Assembly: GCA_045863855.1 (NCBI GenBank)
Contig: BTVV01000006.1
Span: forward strand, 1 to 64,000
DNA length: 64,000 nucleotides
Source of the DNA: Planctomycetota bacterium
GTDB lineage: Bacteria; Planctomycetota; SZUA-567; H5-PLA8
Direction: 5' to 3'
Position 1 is the stretch's first letter. Each line of letters begins with the position of its first letter. Shown here one piece after another: positions 20,038 to 29,402 of the stretch. The translations under genes and the position numbers were made by a program. Under the pieces are notes generated by a model that did not search any database, was not told where the DNA came from, and was given only the letters and a program-made list of their open reading frames with translations.

Positions 20038-21179
20038 CTTTGCTCGTCTGGGCCGTCCGTCTCGTCCGCCGGCCGGCCGTAGGCCCGTTCGAACGAAGTA
20101 CGAAACGCCGCGAAGCGTCCGGCCCGGATCGCATCGCGGCTCTGCGCCATTAAACCGAGATAGAACGACACGTTATGCAGCGAGGTCAAAATAGCCGCGT
20201 TCATCTCCCGGGCAAGGAACAAATGGCGCAGGTAAGCGCGCGAACAGGTCCGGCAGGCGTAGCAGGAGCAGTTTGGGTCCAGCGGCGCCGGATCGTCCGC
20301 GAAGCGCGCGTTGCGAAGCCGCAGTGTGCCCGCCGACGTAAAGGCCATCGCGTTCCGACCGTTACGCGTCGGCAGCGTGCAATCGAACATGTCCAACCCG
20401 CAGCTCACGGCGTGCAGGAGGTCCAAGGGCGTGCCCATGCCCATCAGGTAGCGCGGCTTATCGGCCGGCAAAAGCGGCGCGCTGAAGGCGATCCCCGCGT
20501 GCATCGATTCGGTTGCCTCGCCGACGCTGAAGCCGCCCAGCGCGAAACCCGCGAACGGGAGCCGGCACGTGCCTTCGGCGCTGCGGCTGCGCAGTTCCGG
20601 ATCGGTCCCGCCTTGCACGATGCCAAATAGGTTCACGTCCGGCCGGTCGAGCCGCTCCTTCCTTACTATGGCGCGTTCGGCCCAGCGGATCGAACGGTCC
20701 ACTGCGTCCACCAATTCTACGCGCGGGCACGGCAATTCCTTTAGATGGTCCAGCGGCATGATGATGTCCGCACCCAGTGCGCACTCCAGATCGACGACGC
20801 TTTCCGGCGTGAACATCCGCACCGCGCCGTCCACCGGACTGGCGAATTCCGCGCCGTCCTCGCTGATCTTTCGCAGACCCGGCAGGCTGAAGATCTGGAA
20901 ACCGCCGCTGTCGGTAAGCATCGGGCCGTTCCAGCCGCTGAATTTCTGCAGGCCGCCTAGTTGTTCGACACGCTTCTCGCCCGGCCGCCAGGCCAAGTGC
21001 AAGGCGTTGCCCAGGACGATCTGCGCGCCGGCTTCGCGAAGCTGCGCCGGAAGCAGGCCCTTTACCGCCGCCAGCGTGCCCACCGGCATGAACGCCGGCG
21101 TCTCGAAGACGCCGTGCGCCGTCGCGACCTCGCCCGCGCGAGCCGCGCCGTCGTGTGCAAGAAGCGTGAATCGAAGCAT
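20034..21179 (-). CDS. tgt: tRNA-guanine transglycosylase
   Basis: TPAFMPVGT, LTDSGGFQ, FGIVQGG, PRYLMGMG, DMFDC..PTRNGRN, Zn site CSCYAC...HN; ATG 21179 (ORF upstream extension unlikely). Confidence 0.96.
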   Translation of the reverse strand: MLRFTLLAHDGAARAGEVATAHGVFETPAFMPVGTLAAVKGLLPAQLREAGAQIVLGNALHLAWRPGEKRVEQLGGLQKFSGWNGPMLTDSGGFQIFSLPGLRKISEDGAEFASPVDGAVRMFTPESVVDLECALGADIIMPLDHLKELPCPRVELVDAVDRSIRWAERAIVRKERLDRPDVNLFGIVQGGTDPELRSRSAEGTCRLPFAGFALGGFSVGEATESMHAGIAFSAPLLPADKPRYLMGMGTPLDLLHAVSCGLDMFDCTLPTRNGRNAMAFTSAGTLRLRNARFADDPAPLDPNCSCYACRTCSRAYLRHLFLAREMNAAILTSLHNVSFYLGLMAQSRDAIRAGRFAAFRTSFERAYGRPADETDGPDEQS

Positions 21180-21285
21180 GAACGCAGTGTACTCGGATTT
21201 TGGAGGGATGCGCTCGCGCTTCAGGGTGCCAAGCGTGACTCGATCTCCTGCCTTATAGAGCCCCGCACCCTTATTAATTAGCTCC

Positions 21286-21320
21286 AATCCAAAATCCAGA
21301 TTCCAGAATCCTAAATCGAA
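21286..21320. repeat. Five degenerate tandem heptamers (AATCCAA-like)
   Basis: AATCCAA AATCCAG ATTCCAG AATCCTA AATCGAA directly after the AraC stop. Confidence 0.75.
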
Positions 21321-22202
21321 TCACTCGTACCGGTACTTGCCCGGCGTAATGCGGCACGCGCGCTTAAACGCTTTGACGAAGTAGCCGGTGCTCGCATATC
21401 CACAGGCTTGCGCGATGCGGTCCAGCGTCCAGTCGCTGCGCTTTAGCAGATTCCGGGCGTGTTCGATGCGGATGCCTTCGAGGGTCTTCTGAAACGACCG
21501 GCCGCCGGCTTGCCGGCACAGCGCCGCGAGGTAATTCGGGTGCAAGTCCAGCGCCCGAGCCGCCTCCGCCCGGCTGACGCCCGCATCGGCGTAACGCTGA
21601 TGCAAAAACTCGATCAGGCGCCCCCACGTGTAGCGCGCTTTGCTCTGCGCGGCCTCGGGCCGGTCTTCGGCCAGATGGGTCCGCGCCAGGCGCAAGAGCG
21701 CGACGAACAAGTGGCGCTCGGTCTGCGGGTCTTCGTGGCGCTGCGAGAGATCGGCCAAGGCGTCCACCGTCTGAGCCCCGGCGCCGGAAAGCGGTTCGGC
21801 GGTGTGATAAAAATACGGCGTTCCGCCGTGCAAGCGACCGGGTTCCGAGAGATCGCCCAGCAGGACACGCAAGAAACTGCGCCGGAAGACCAAGCCGAAG
21901 AATACGCACGGCCGGTCGTACGCCGGGATCGACCACGCGTGCGGCGCCCAGAAGAGCGCTTGGCCGGGCGCGAGCGTGAAGTCCATCCGCCTTCCCGCGC
22001 GGCTCAACGCATGGGACTGCTGTCCGCGCAGCATGATCTTCAGCCGCGGATGTTCGTCGATCTTGAGCGCTTGGTCGCCGGCACGCACCGGGCAAGGCGC
22101 GGGACTGCCCAAGTACAGCGTCGAAAAATCGAAACGCTCCAGCATCCCGTCCAGCACACCCAGGAAGTACGCTCGGTCGGTGCGGAGCGGATAAATGCGC
22201 AT
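21321..22202 (-). CDS. AraC family transcriptional regulator
   Basis: C-terminal double HTH: LHPNYL, RIEHARNLL, IAQACGY.STGYF.KAFKR...TPGKYR; divergent from the PhyH operon. Confidence 0.93.
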   Translation of the reverse strand: MRIYPLRTDRAYFLGVLDGMLERFDFSTLYLGSPAPCPVRAGDQALKIDEHPRLKIMLRGQQSHALSRAGRRMDFTLAPGQALFWAPHAWSIPAYDRPCVFFGLVFRRSFLRVLLGDLSEPGRLHGGTPYFYHTAEPLSGAGAQTVDALADLSQRHEDPQTERHLFVALLRLARTHLAEDRPEAAQSKARYTWGRLIEFLHQRYADAGVSRAEAARALDLHPNYLAALCRQAGGRSFQKTLEGIRIEHARNLLKRSDWTLDRIAQACGYASTGYFVKAFKRACRITPGKYRYE

Positions 22203-22306
22203 GAGCGTCGTGACCTTACAAAAGTGCTATTAAACGTACTTCCTTACCATGGCCAAGCTTTCTCGGCAACGGGTAGATTGTCCGCATCACGGAGATCGCG
22301 ACGCCG

Positions 22307-23137
22307 ATGCACGACCCGCAAACGAATTGGAAGGCAGCGTACCGCGAGCAAGGTTTCGCGGTGGTTCCGGGTCTGCTTCCTACGGCCGCGTTTGAACCGC
22401 TGTGCTCGGATATCGAAGCCGCGGTCGAGCGCCATGCGCAGGAGCTGTTCCAAGAGGGGAAAGTAGCGGATATCTGCGCGCGTGAACCCTACGACCGCCG
22501 GCTGGCCAAGCTCTATACTGGACGTGACATGGGCGTGCGCATGTGGGACCAGGCCTTGCGTTCGTCTACGCTGCAGGACTTCGCCTCCCAACCGGCCCTC
22601 GCGGGGGTCTTGGCCGAACTGCTGGGCCCGGAGGTCTGCTTCAGCGGCGATTTTCACCTGCGCCCCAAGCTGCCCGAAAGTAGTCTTACGTCTTTTCCAT
22701 GGCACCAGGACAGCCAGTACTACGGACCGCTCACGCGGCACATGGCGATCGTCACCGCCTGGGTGCCGCTGGTCGATGTGGACGAGTCCAACGGCTGTCT
22801 GTGGGTCATCCCCGGGAGCCAGCGCTGGGGCCTCCTCGACGGCGCGCGTGGAAGCGACCAGAACATCCGCACCTTCGAAGATGTCGAGCGGCGCGGCCGG
22901 GCGGTTCCGGTGCCGATGAAGCGCGGCGACGTGCTCTTCTTCGGCAACCTCACGTTCCATGCGAGCAAACTCAACCGTACCGACCGCGTGCGCTGGAGCC
23001 TCGATCTGCGTTACTACGAGCGGGCCGAAGCGCGCCCGCGCGAGCCGCTCGAGACCGAGGCGTACGCCTACTTCACCGGAAAACTGCGCGCCGCCGGAAG
23101 AGAACCGATGCCCGTGCGCCAGCCCGCACTGTCTTGA
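22307..23137 (+). CDS. Phytanoyl-CoA dioxygenase (PhyH) family Fe/2OG dioxygenase
   Basis: PWHQD, WVPLVD....NGCL.VIPGS, GDVLFF..LTFH.S..N, RWSLDLRY. Confidence 0.92.
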   Translation: MHDPQTNWKAAYREQGFAVVPGLLPTAAFEPLCSDIEAAVERHAQELFQEGKVADICAREPYDRRLAKLYTGRDMGVRMWDQALRSSTLQDFASQPALAGVLAELLGPEVCFSGDFHLRPKLPESSLTSFPWHQDSQYYGPLTRHMAIVTAWVPLVDVDESNGCLWVIPGSQRWGLLDGARGSDQNIRTFEDVERRGRAVPVPMKRGDVLFFGNLTFHASKLNRTDRVRWSLDLRYYERAEARPREPLETEAYAYFTGKLRAAGREPMPVRQPALS

Positions 23138-23157
23138 AAGCCTTGGGAGCCCGAACC

Positions 23158-24591
23158 ATGGATCGCCCCAGTCGAACCTTCGTGCGCACCGTTCCCGTCC
23201 TGGATCGATACGACTTGGTCGTCTGCGGCGGCGGCCCCAGCGGCATTCCGGCCGCGCTGGCAGCCTCACGCGAGGGACTCAAGGTTCTGCTTGTCGAACA
23301 GACCGGCCAGCTTGGTGGCGTCGGGACCAGCGCCGGGGTCAGCCATCTGCTCGGCGGACGCCTCCCCGATAACTCAGGCTGGTGTGTTGCCGGCATCTTC
23401 AAGGAGTTGGTCGAGGGGCTCGCCGCGCGCGGCGGCGCCATCGATCCGCGCACGATCCGCGGCGAACGATTCAGTCCCTTCGGGTGGACAGGGAAGGTAT
23501 CGAGCATCACCTACGGCGTGCCGTTCGATCCCATCGCCATGGCCGCCTACCTCGACGAGCGGATGCTGGAGGCCGGCGTCGACGTGCTTTATTTCACTGC
23601 CTTCGTCGATGTGGAGCGGGATGCCGCGGGCCAGCGCGTCGAGCGCGTGGTGCTCTTCAACAAGAGCGGGCTTCACGCGTACGCCTGCGCGGCCGTGGTC
23701 GACGCCACCGGCGACGCGGATGTCGCCGCGCGCGCCGGTTGTCCGGTGGTCAAAGGACGTCCCGAAGACGGCCTGATGACGCCCGCCACGCTGATGTTCC
23801 ACGTCGACCGTGTCGATCAGGACACGCTGGCCGGCGAAATCTACCGCACCGGCTCCAACCGTTTTCGCGAATTGATCGCCAACCTTCGCGCACTGGGCGA
23901 ATGGGACTTCCCGTACGAGATCTTCATCACCGTCCAGCTTCACGAAAAAGGCACGCTGATGGTCAACACCACGCGCATCTGCGACGTCGACGGTACCGAC
24001 GGCCGCTCGCTCTCGCGCGGCATGATGCAGGGCCGCCGCGAGGTCCAGCGCCTCTTCGCACTGATGCGCAAGCACTTTCCAGGTTTTGCGGACGCGCGGA
24101 TCAAACTTGTCGCGCCTGTGCTGGGCGTGCGCGAGACGCGCCGCATCGTCGGAAACTACGTCTACTCCGTCGCCGACGTGCTGGCCGCGCGCGACTTCGA
24201 AGACACCATCGGCTTCAGCGGCTACCCGTGGGATCTTCCCGATCCCCAACGTCCCAGCCACCAGCCGCTGCACGAACGCAAGGTCGGGCTCCCGCGCCCC
24301 GCCACGCCGATTCCGTATCGTGTGCTCGTGCCGCGCGGCGTCGCGAACGTGATCTGCCCCGGCCGTGCGATTTCCGTCGAGCGTGACGTGCTGGGGCCCT
24401 TGCGCGAAATGGGCCCGTGCTATGCCATGGGGCACGCCGCGGGTCTGGCATCCGTTCCGGTTGCGCGCGAGGGCGTGGCCTATGCGGAGGTGAATGTAGA
24501 AGCCCTGAAGATTCGCCTGCGCGCCGATGGTGCGGCGGTCGATGCGCCCATTCACGACCCCGGGATCGGCTTGGTCGCGACAATCGTGTGA
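23158..24591 (+). CDS. FAD-dependent oxidoreductase (FAD_oxidored family)
   Basis: DLVVCGGGPSG, VDATGDAD, LGVRETRRIVG, IPYRVLVP, GRAIS; ATG at 23158. Confidence 0.9.
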   Translation: MDRPSRTFVRTVPVLDRYDLVVCGGGPSGIPAALAASREGLKVLLVEQTGQLGGVGTSAGVSHLLGGRLPDNSGWCVAGIFKELVEGLAARGGAIDPRTIRGERFSPFGWTGKVSSITYGVPFDPIAMAAYLDERMLEAGVDVLYFTAFVDVERDAAGQRVERVVLFNKSGLHAYACAAVVDATGDADVAARAGCPVVKGRPEDGLMTPATLMFHVDRVDQDTLAGEIYRTGSNRFRELIANLRALGEWDFPYEIFITVQLHEKGTLMVNTTRICDVDGTDGRSLSRGMMQGRREVQRLFALMRKHFPGFADARIKLVAPVLGVRETRRIVGNYVYSVADVLAARDFEDTIGFSGYPWDLPDPQRPSHQPLHERKVGLPRPATPIPYRVLVPRGVANVICPGRAISVERDVLGPLREMGPCYAMGHAAGLASVPVAREGVAYAEVNVEALKIRLRADGAAVDAPIHDPGIGLVATIV

Positions 24592-24624
24592 ACCCTTCCA
24601 TTCAACGCTAAGGAAACTCTAACC

Positions 24625-25911
24625 ATGCCTGCATGGACTGCCGAACCCCTGCACGATCGAATCGTCATTCGCGGACTGGCTTTTTCCGCCACGCTTCCGC
24701 CGCTCGGATTCCAAACCGACGCAGCGCTCGGACTGGTCCGTCCTTCCGCGATGTGCGGAAAGGTGCTGCATACGAACGAGCACGGCGGGCTTTTCGAGAC
24801 GCGCGCGACGATAACGCCTTCTGGCGACTACCTGCTCATGTTTCCGGATTCGCTTCCAAACACGAACGACAAGTACAACGGCCACTACGGCGGGAAAAAG
24901 GAGCTGACCAACCGGCTCGTGGCCTTTCGTTCGAAAGACGGCGGCGAGACCTGGAGCGGCCCCACGGTCCCGTTCGAGATCGACTACAACCAGCACGGCT
25001 TCATCCCGCTGATTCCGCGCGGCTCCAAGCGCATCTACGGCTTCGGCACCCAGCCGATTTGGAACGAGTTCAGCACCGAACGCGGGCAGGGCGAGAACGC
25101 GCCCATAGGATTTCGCTACAGCGACGACGACGGGTACACGTGGTCCGATGTCACGCTGATCCGCCCCGTCAACGATCCGGGCTTCAAAGGCATGTCGGTG
25201 ATGCGGATGTGCGAAACGGCTTCCGGCGCGTGGTTGCTGGGCGCGCACGAAGGCGATTGGTCCTACAAGCCGCTGATGACCCGCCAGTACATCCTGCGCA
25301 GTGAAGACCAAGGCCAGACCTGGCACGTGCTGCCCCACGCGCGCCACGGCGGCTGGTGCGTCCCGCAATTCAACCGCATGGACGAAGGCCGACCGATCGA
25401 CCTCGGCGAGGGCCGCGCGTTCTGCATGATCCGAACCTGCGAAGGTCATTTGTGGGGCGCCTGGAGCGACGACAACGGCAAAAGCTGGACCGCACCCAAG
25501 CCCACGCCGCTCGTGCATCCCGACGCGCCACCGATGCTTTTCCATCTCAGCGACGGGAAAACGCTCGCCGCCTTCCACCATAACGAGCACGCCGATCTGA
25601 ATTACCAGGGCCTCGACGGCCGTAACGAATGCCAGAGTCCGCGGCGGCAAGTCTGGGTCAGCTTTTCAAGCGACGGCGCTCGTACCTGGAGCGAGCCGCG
25701 CTTCGTGCTCGCGAACGCGCTGGCCCCGCGTCACAACAACGCCTGGATGGACCACCAGTGCTCGTACCTCGATGCCTTTGCCGATCGCGGCGAGTTGCAC
25801 CTCTTCATGCCGCACCGCTGGCATCGCGCGCTCCACCTGCGCATCGCCGAAAAAGAACTCCTGGCGCTGCCCACGGCGAAAGAGCTCTCGCGTTTGAACT
25901 CTGAGTCCTGA
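24625..25911 (+). CDS. Sialidase-like (BNR/Asp-box) beta-propeller protein
   Basis: Five Asp boxes: SKDGGETW, SDDDGYTW, SEDQGQTW, SDDNGKSW, SSDGARTW; no clear signal peptide. Confidence 0.85.
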   Translation: MPAWTAEPLHDRIVIRGLAFSATLPPLGFQTDAALGLVRPSAMCGKVLHTNEHGGLFETRATITPSGDYLLMFPDSLPNTNDKYNGHYGGKKELTNRLVAFRSKDGGETWSGPTVPFEIDYNQHGFIPLIPRGSKRIYGFGTQPIWNEFSTERGQGENAPIGFRYSDDDGYTWSDVTLIRPVNDPGFKGMSVMRMCETASGAWLLGAHEGDWSYKPLMTRQYILRSEDQGQTWHVLPHARHGGWCVPQFNRMDEGRPIDLGEGRAFCMIRTCEGHLWGAWSDDNGKSWTAPKPTPLVHPDAPPMLFHLSDGKTLAAFHHNEHADLNYQGLDGRNECQSPRRQVWVSFSSDGARTWSEPRFVLANALAPRHNNAWMDHQCSYLDAFADRGELHLFMPHRWHRALHLRIAEKELLALPTAKELSRLNSES

Positions 25912-25917
25912 AAAGGA

Positions 25918-26679
25918 ATGCGCATGAACGAACCGAAGCTGCCCCATGCGGATGTCTTGCAACTCGCGCGCTGGAATACGCCGACGATTTTCAACGGCTG
26001 GGAGCAGATCACCCAACGCAACGCCGCGCGTGAAGGCTTCAACCTCGAAGAGGTCCGCGATTACATGCCGCAGATGGGGCCCATGGCGGGCTGGGCCGTC
26101 ACGGTGGTCGTCGAACCCGGCAACCCCAAGCATCCGAAGACGAATCCGCACGCGTGGTCGCAGTACCGCGCGTACGTGGCCGGCCTTCCGGGTCCCAAGA
26201 TCGTGGTCGTGCAGGACCTCGACAAACCCGCGCTGTACGGAGCCTTTTGGGGCGAAGTGAACAGCAGCATGCATCGCGCACTTGGCTGCGTCGGCACGAT
26301 CATCGACGGCGGCATTCGCGACGTCGACGAGATGACCCAATCGGGCTTCAAAGCGCTCGCGCGGCGTCTCTGCGTCGGGCACGCCTTTTCGACGCCCGTG
26401 CGCTGGGGCTGCGAGGTCGAGGTCTTCGGCCGAACGATCCAGCCCGGCCAATTCATCCACGCCGACAAGCACGGCTTCCTGGCCGTCCCCGACGCAGACC
26501 TGCCCGGTCTGCTCGACGCCGCGCGCTTTATGGACGCGAACGAATGCGAGACCGTGATCCCGGCCGCCAAAGGAAGCGCCGGAAAGGCCGCGCCGGAAAT
26601 CTGTGCGGTGCTGGACGCCGCGGGCGCCGAGTTCGGCCGCCGAGCCAAGGCCAAATTCGGACGCAAAGGCGAATGGTAA
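25918..26679 (+). CDS. RraA/HMG aldolase family protein
   Basis: AFWGEV, G.VG.IIDGGIRDVDE, I.PGQFIHADKHG. Confidence 0.88.
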   Translation: MRMNEPKLPHADVLQLARWNTPTIFNGWEQITQRNAAREGFNLEEVRDYMPQMGPMAGWAVTVVVEPGNPKHPKTNPHAWSQYRAYVAGLPGPKIVVVQDLDKPALYGAFWGEVNSSMHRALGCVGTIIDGGIRDVDEMTQSGFKALARRLCVGHAFSTPVRWGCEVEVFGRTIQPGQFIHADKHGFLAVPDADLPGLLDAARFMDANECETVIPAAKGSAGKAAPEICAVLDAAGAEFGRRAKAKFGRKGEW

Positions 26680-26726
26680 ACGCGCCGACTCGTGCGGCGC
26701 CCGCTTCGAAGACTGAGCGCGCGTGA

Positions 26727-27419
26727 CTATTCGCCGCCCATTTCCGAGGTATCGTCCCGCGGCCCTGCCTCTGCCGGCTCCGCAGGCGCCGGATGTACGA
26801 GGAAGTCGTCGGCATACGCGAAGCCGGTCCTCGGTTGCGCTTCCCAGAAGATCGTGGCGCTCCGATTTTCCGGACCGGTGGTGAACACCAGTTCTACTTC
26901 ACGGTACTCGCGCGCTTCGGTCTTCAGGCGCATGGTCTCGCCGCCGAAATCTTCGACGCCAAGTTCGGACTCGCCTTCGTCGCATTGCAAGTACGCGCGC
27001 AGCCGGTAGGCCGTGTTGGGCGCCAGTTCGGCGATTTTTTGCTGCAGCCGAGCGCCGCCCGCGCCGATGCGCGCGGCGAACGAACCGCTGAACGGGCGTT
27101 CCCGCGCCAGCGTGACGCTGCCGCGGGCGCGCCATGGCCCCAGCGGTTGGGACTCGAAGCCTGGATTGAGCGCCAAGTTGGCCGGACGGCGCGCATCCGT
27201 TCCCGGTAAGGTCTTGGGCTTGGAAACGGGCCGAATCTCGTCGCCCGTCAGCTTGATCGCCGGGTGCAGCAGGATCAGCAGTCCCAGCGTGAACAGCATC
27301 GAGCCCAGCGCGAAGAATATGAAGACGCTCAACCGCGAGCCGATACGAGGCAGCTCGGCATTGGGGTCGCTGTCGCGTGCGGCGCGGTTACGGGAGGAAC
27401 TCGCGGGAGACGATGCCAT
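26727..27419 (-). CDS. Membrane-anchored carbohydrate-binding (CBM4/16-like) protein
   Basis: One TM helix, then NLALNPGFES, SG..AARI, Q.I.L.PNT.Y.L.A, FTTG, YADDF; ATG 27419. Confidence 0.7.
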   Translation of the reverse strand: MASSPASSSRNRAARDSDPNAELPRIGSRLSVFIFFALGSMLFTLGLLILLHPAIKLTGDEIRPVSKPKTLPGTDARRPANLALNPGFESQPLGPWRARGSVTLARERPFSGSFAARIGAGGARLQQKIAELAPNTAYRLRAYLQCDEGESELGVEDFGGETMRLKTEAREYREVELVFTTGPENRSATIFWEAQPRTGFAYADDFLVHPAPAEPAEAGPRDDTSEMGGE

Positions 27420-27607
27420 GGGTTGCGATCGGGCGCGGACGTCCTTTCTTTCTCTCCCTAGCGGGACGCCGAGCATACCCCCGGCCTTCGATCTGCCAAG
27501 GAGCGGGGGCTGAACTTCCGGCGTACCGGACTTGTTGGGCATCCGCAGTTGCAAGCGGGGCGCGCTTGCTACAGGCTTTTAAGACCCCCTTACGAAGGAG
27601 CGCAGCG

Positions 27608-28573
27608 ATGGAATACGGCCGTGTCCCGGGCATCGAGCAGCCCGTCTCCCGCCTCGTGCTCGGCACCATGATCGTCAACTCCGACGATACCGAACGCAGC
27701 TTCGCGCTTCTCGACGCCTTCGCCGCAGCCGGCGGGAACACGCTCGACAGCGCGCACATATACGGCGGAGGCAAGAGCGAGCGCGGCATCGGCGCGTGGA
27801 TGGAAGCGCGGGGCAACCGGGACAAGGTGCTGGTCATCTCGAAGTGCTCGCACCCCAATGGCGACCGCAAGCGCGTCACGCCGTACGATATCGCCAGCGA
27901 CCTCCACGATTCGCTCGCGCGCCTGCGCACCACCTACATCGACTTGTACTTCCTGCATCGCGACGATCCCCAACTGCCCGTCGGACCCATCGTCGAAGCG
28001 CTCAACGAACACAAGACCGCCGGGAAGATCCGCGCGTTCGGCGGGAGCAACTGGACCCACGAGCGCCTCGCAGAAGCCAACGAGTACGCGTACAAGAAGA
28101 GCCTCACCCCGTTCACGCTTTCCAGCCCCAACTTCTCGCTGGCCGATCAGGTCAAAAGCCCTTGGGGTCCGGACTGCGTCACCATCAGCGGTCCGCGCAA
28201 CGACGCGGCGCGGAAATGGTACGCCGAACAGAAGATGCCGGTCTTCGCGTGGTCCAGCCTTGCCCGCGGCTTTTTTAGCGGGCGCCTGAACCGCGAGAAC
28301 CATAAGGAAGCGGCGCTCGATCCCAGTGTCGTGCACGCTTACTGTTACGAAGAAAATTTCAAGCGCCTCGACCGCGCCGCCGAACTCGCCAAGGAAAAGA
28401 ACGCCACAGTCCCGCGCATCGCGCTCGCTTGGGTGCTTGCGCAGCCTATCGAGATCTACGCGCTGATCGGCGCCGCCAACCAGCAGGAGATCGACGAGAA
28501 CCTTAAGGCGCAGAGTTTGAAGCTCACGCCCGCCGAACGCGATTGGCTGGACTTGCGCAGCGAAACGCGCTGA
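27608..28573 (+). CDS. Aldo/keto reductase
   Basis: VSRLVLGT, DSAHIYG.G.SE..IG, SLARL.T.YIDLY.LHRDD, GKIRAFG.SNW; ATG 27608 after AAGGAG. Confidence 0.93.
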   Translation: MEYGRVPGIEQPVSRLVLGTMIVNSDDTERSFALLDAFAAAGGNTLDSAHIYGGGKSERGIGAWMEARGNRDKVLVISKCSHPNGDRKRVTPYDIASDLHDSLARLRTTYIDLYFLHRDDPQLPVGPIVEALNEHKTAGKIRAFGGSNWTHERLAEANEYAYKKSLTPFTLSSPNFSLADQVKSPWGPDCVTISGPRNDAARKWYAEQKMPVFAWSSLARGFFSGRLNRENHKEAALDPSVVHAYCYEENFKRLDRAAELAKEKNATVPRIALAWVLAQPIEIYALIGAANQQEIDENLKAQSLKLTPAERDWLDLRSETR

Positions 28574-28622
28574 GCGCCACGGCTGTTCGAACGGCCGCCG
28601 TGCTTCGTCCGGAGGACGACCG

Positions 28623-29399
28623 ATGCAACTGAACGAAGCCGAACGGGCGAGCGGGACGCTTTCCGCGGCCTCGCTGGCCCAAGCGGTGGAACTGGTTCGG
28701 CACGACGGCTATGTGGTGTTCGAAGCGGTGCTTCCGCGCGAGTTCATCTCCGAATTGCGGGCGGCATTTCTACCGCTGCTCGAAGAGACGGTGCGGCGCC
28801 AGCCCGAGAATCGCGGCTCGCGGCGCTATCAGATGCATCTCCCGTTCAAGCCGCCTTTCTGCGATGCGCGCTTCATCGAACACCCCATCGCACTGGCCGT
28901 CGTCGAAACGATCCTGGGCAGCGACTGCGTCTGCCAATATTTCGCCAGCGATACGCCCCTGCTGGGCAGCGACTACCAGGCGGTGCACAGCGACATTCAC
29001 CCGCTTTTCCCCGAGAGCGATCTGATCGTGCCGGCCTACGGGCTGGTGGTGAACGTGAACCTCGTCGATTTTACGCCCGAGAACGGCCCGCTCGAGATCT
29101 GGCCGGGCGGGACGCATAAGATGCCCGGAGGCGTGGACCTCAAAGGACTCGCGCCGAGGATGCTCAGCCATGCGGTCCACATGCCGGCCGGTTCGATCCT
29201 GATTCGCGACCTGCGCGCTTGGCACCGCGGGACGCCCAACCGAACCGCTGAGCCGCGTCCGAACTTGGCTCTGATTTACGCGCGGCACTGGTTCAAGACC
29301 AGCTATCCGCCGATTCGCATTCCGCGCGCCGAGTTCGAGAAACTCTCCGAGCGCGCCAAGAAGCTGTTCCGGTTCGAGCAGGTCTTGCAAGACGCATGA
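28623..29399 (+). CDS. PhyH family Fe/2OG dioxygenase
   Basis: Q.VHSD, LVDFTPENGPLEIWPGGTH, GSILIRD.R.WHRGTPN, RP. Confidence 0.9.
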   Translation: MQLNEAERASGTLSAASLAQAVELVRHDGYVVFEAVLPREFISELRAAFLPLLEETVRRQPENRGSRRYQMHLPFKPPFCDARFIEHPIALAVVETILGSDCVCQYFASDTPLLGSDYQAVHSDIHPLFPESDLIVPAYGLVVNVNLVDFTPENGPLEIWPGGTHKMPGGVDLKGLAPRMLSHAVHMPAGSILIRDLRAWHRGTPNRTAEPRPNLALIYARHWFKTSYPPIRIPRAEFEKLSERAKKLFRFEQVLQDA

Positions 29400-29402
29400 G
29401 TC

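Noticed and set aside
22699..23157. N-terminal extension of the FAD oxidoreductase ORF; similar extensions on tgt, AKR, macro domain and permease ORFs
   Set aside because: They overlap neighbouring genes or intergenic DNA; downstream starts fit domain boundaries better.
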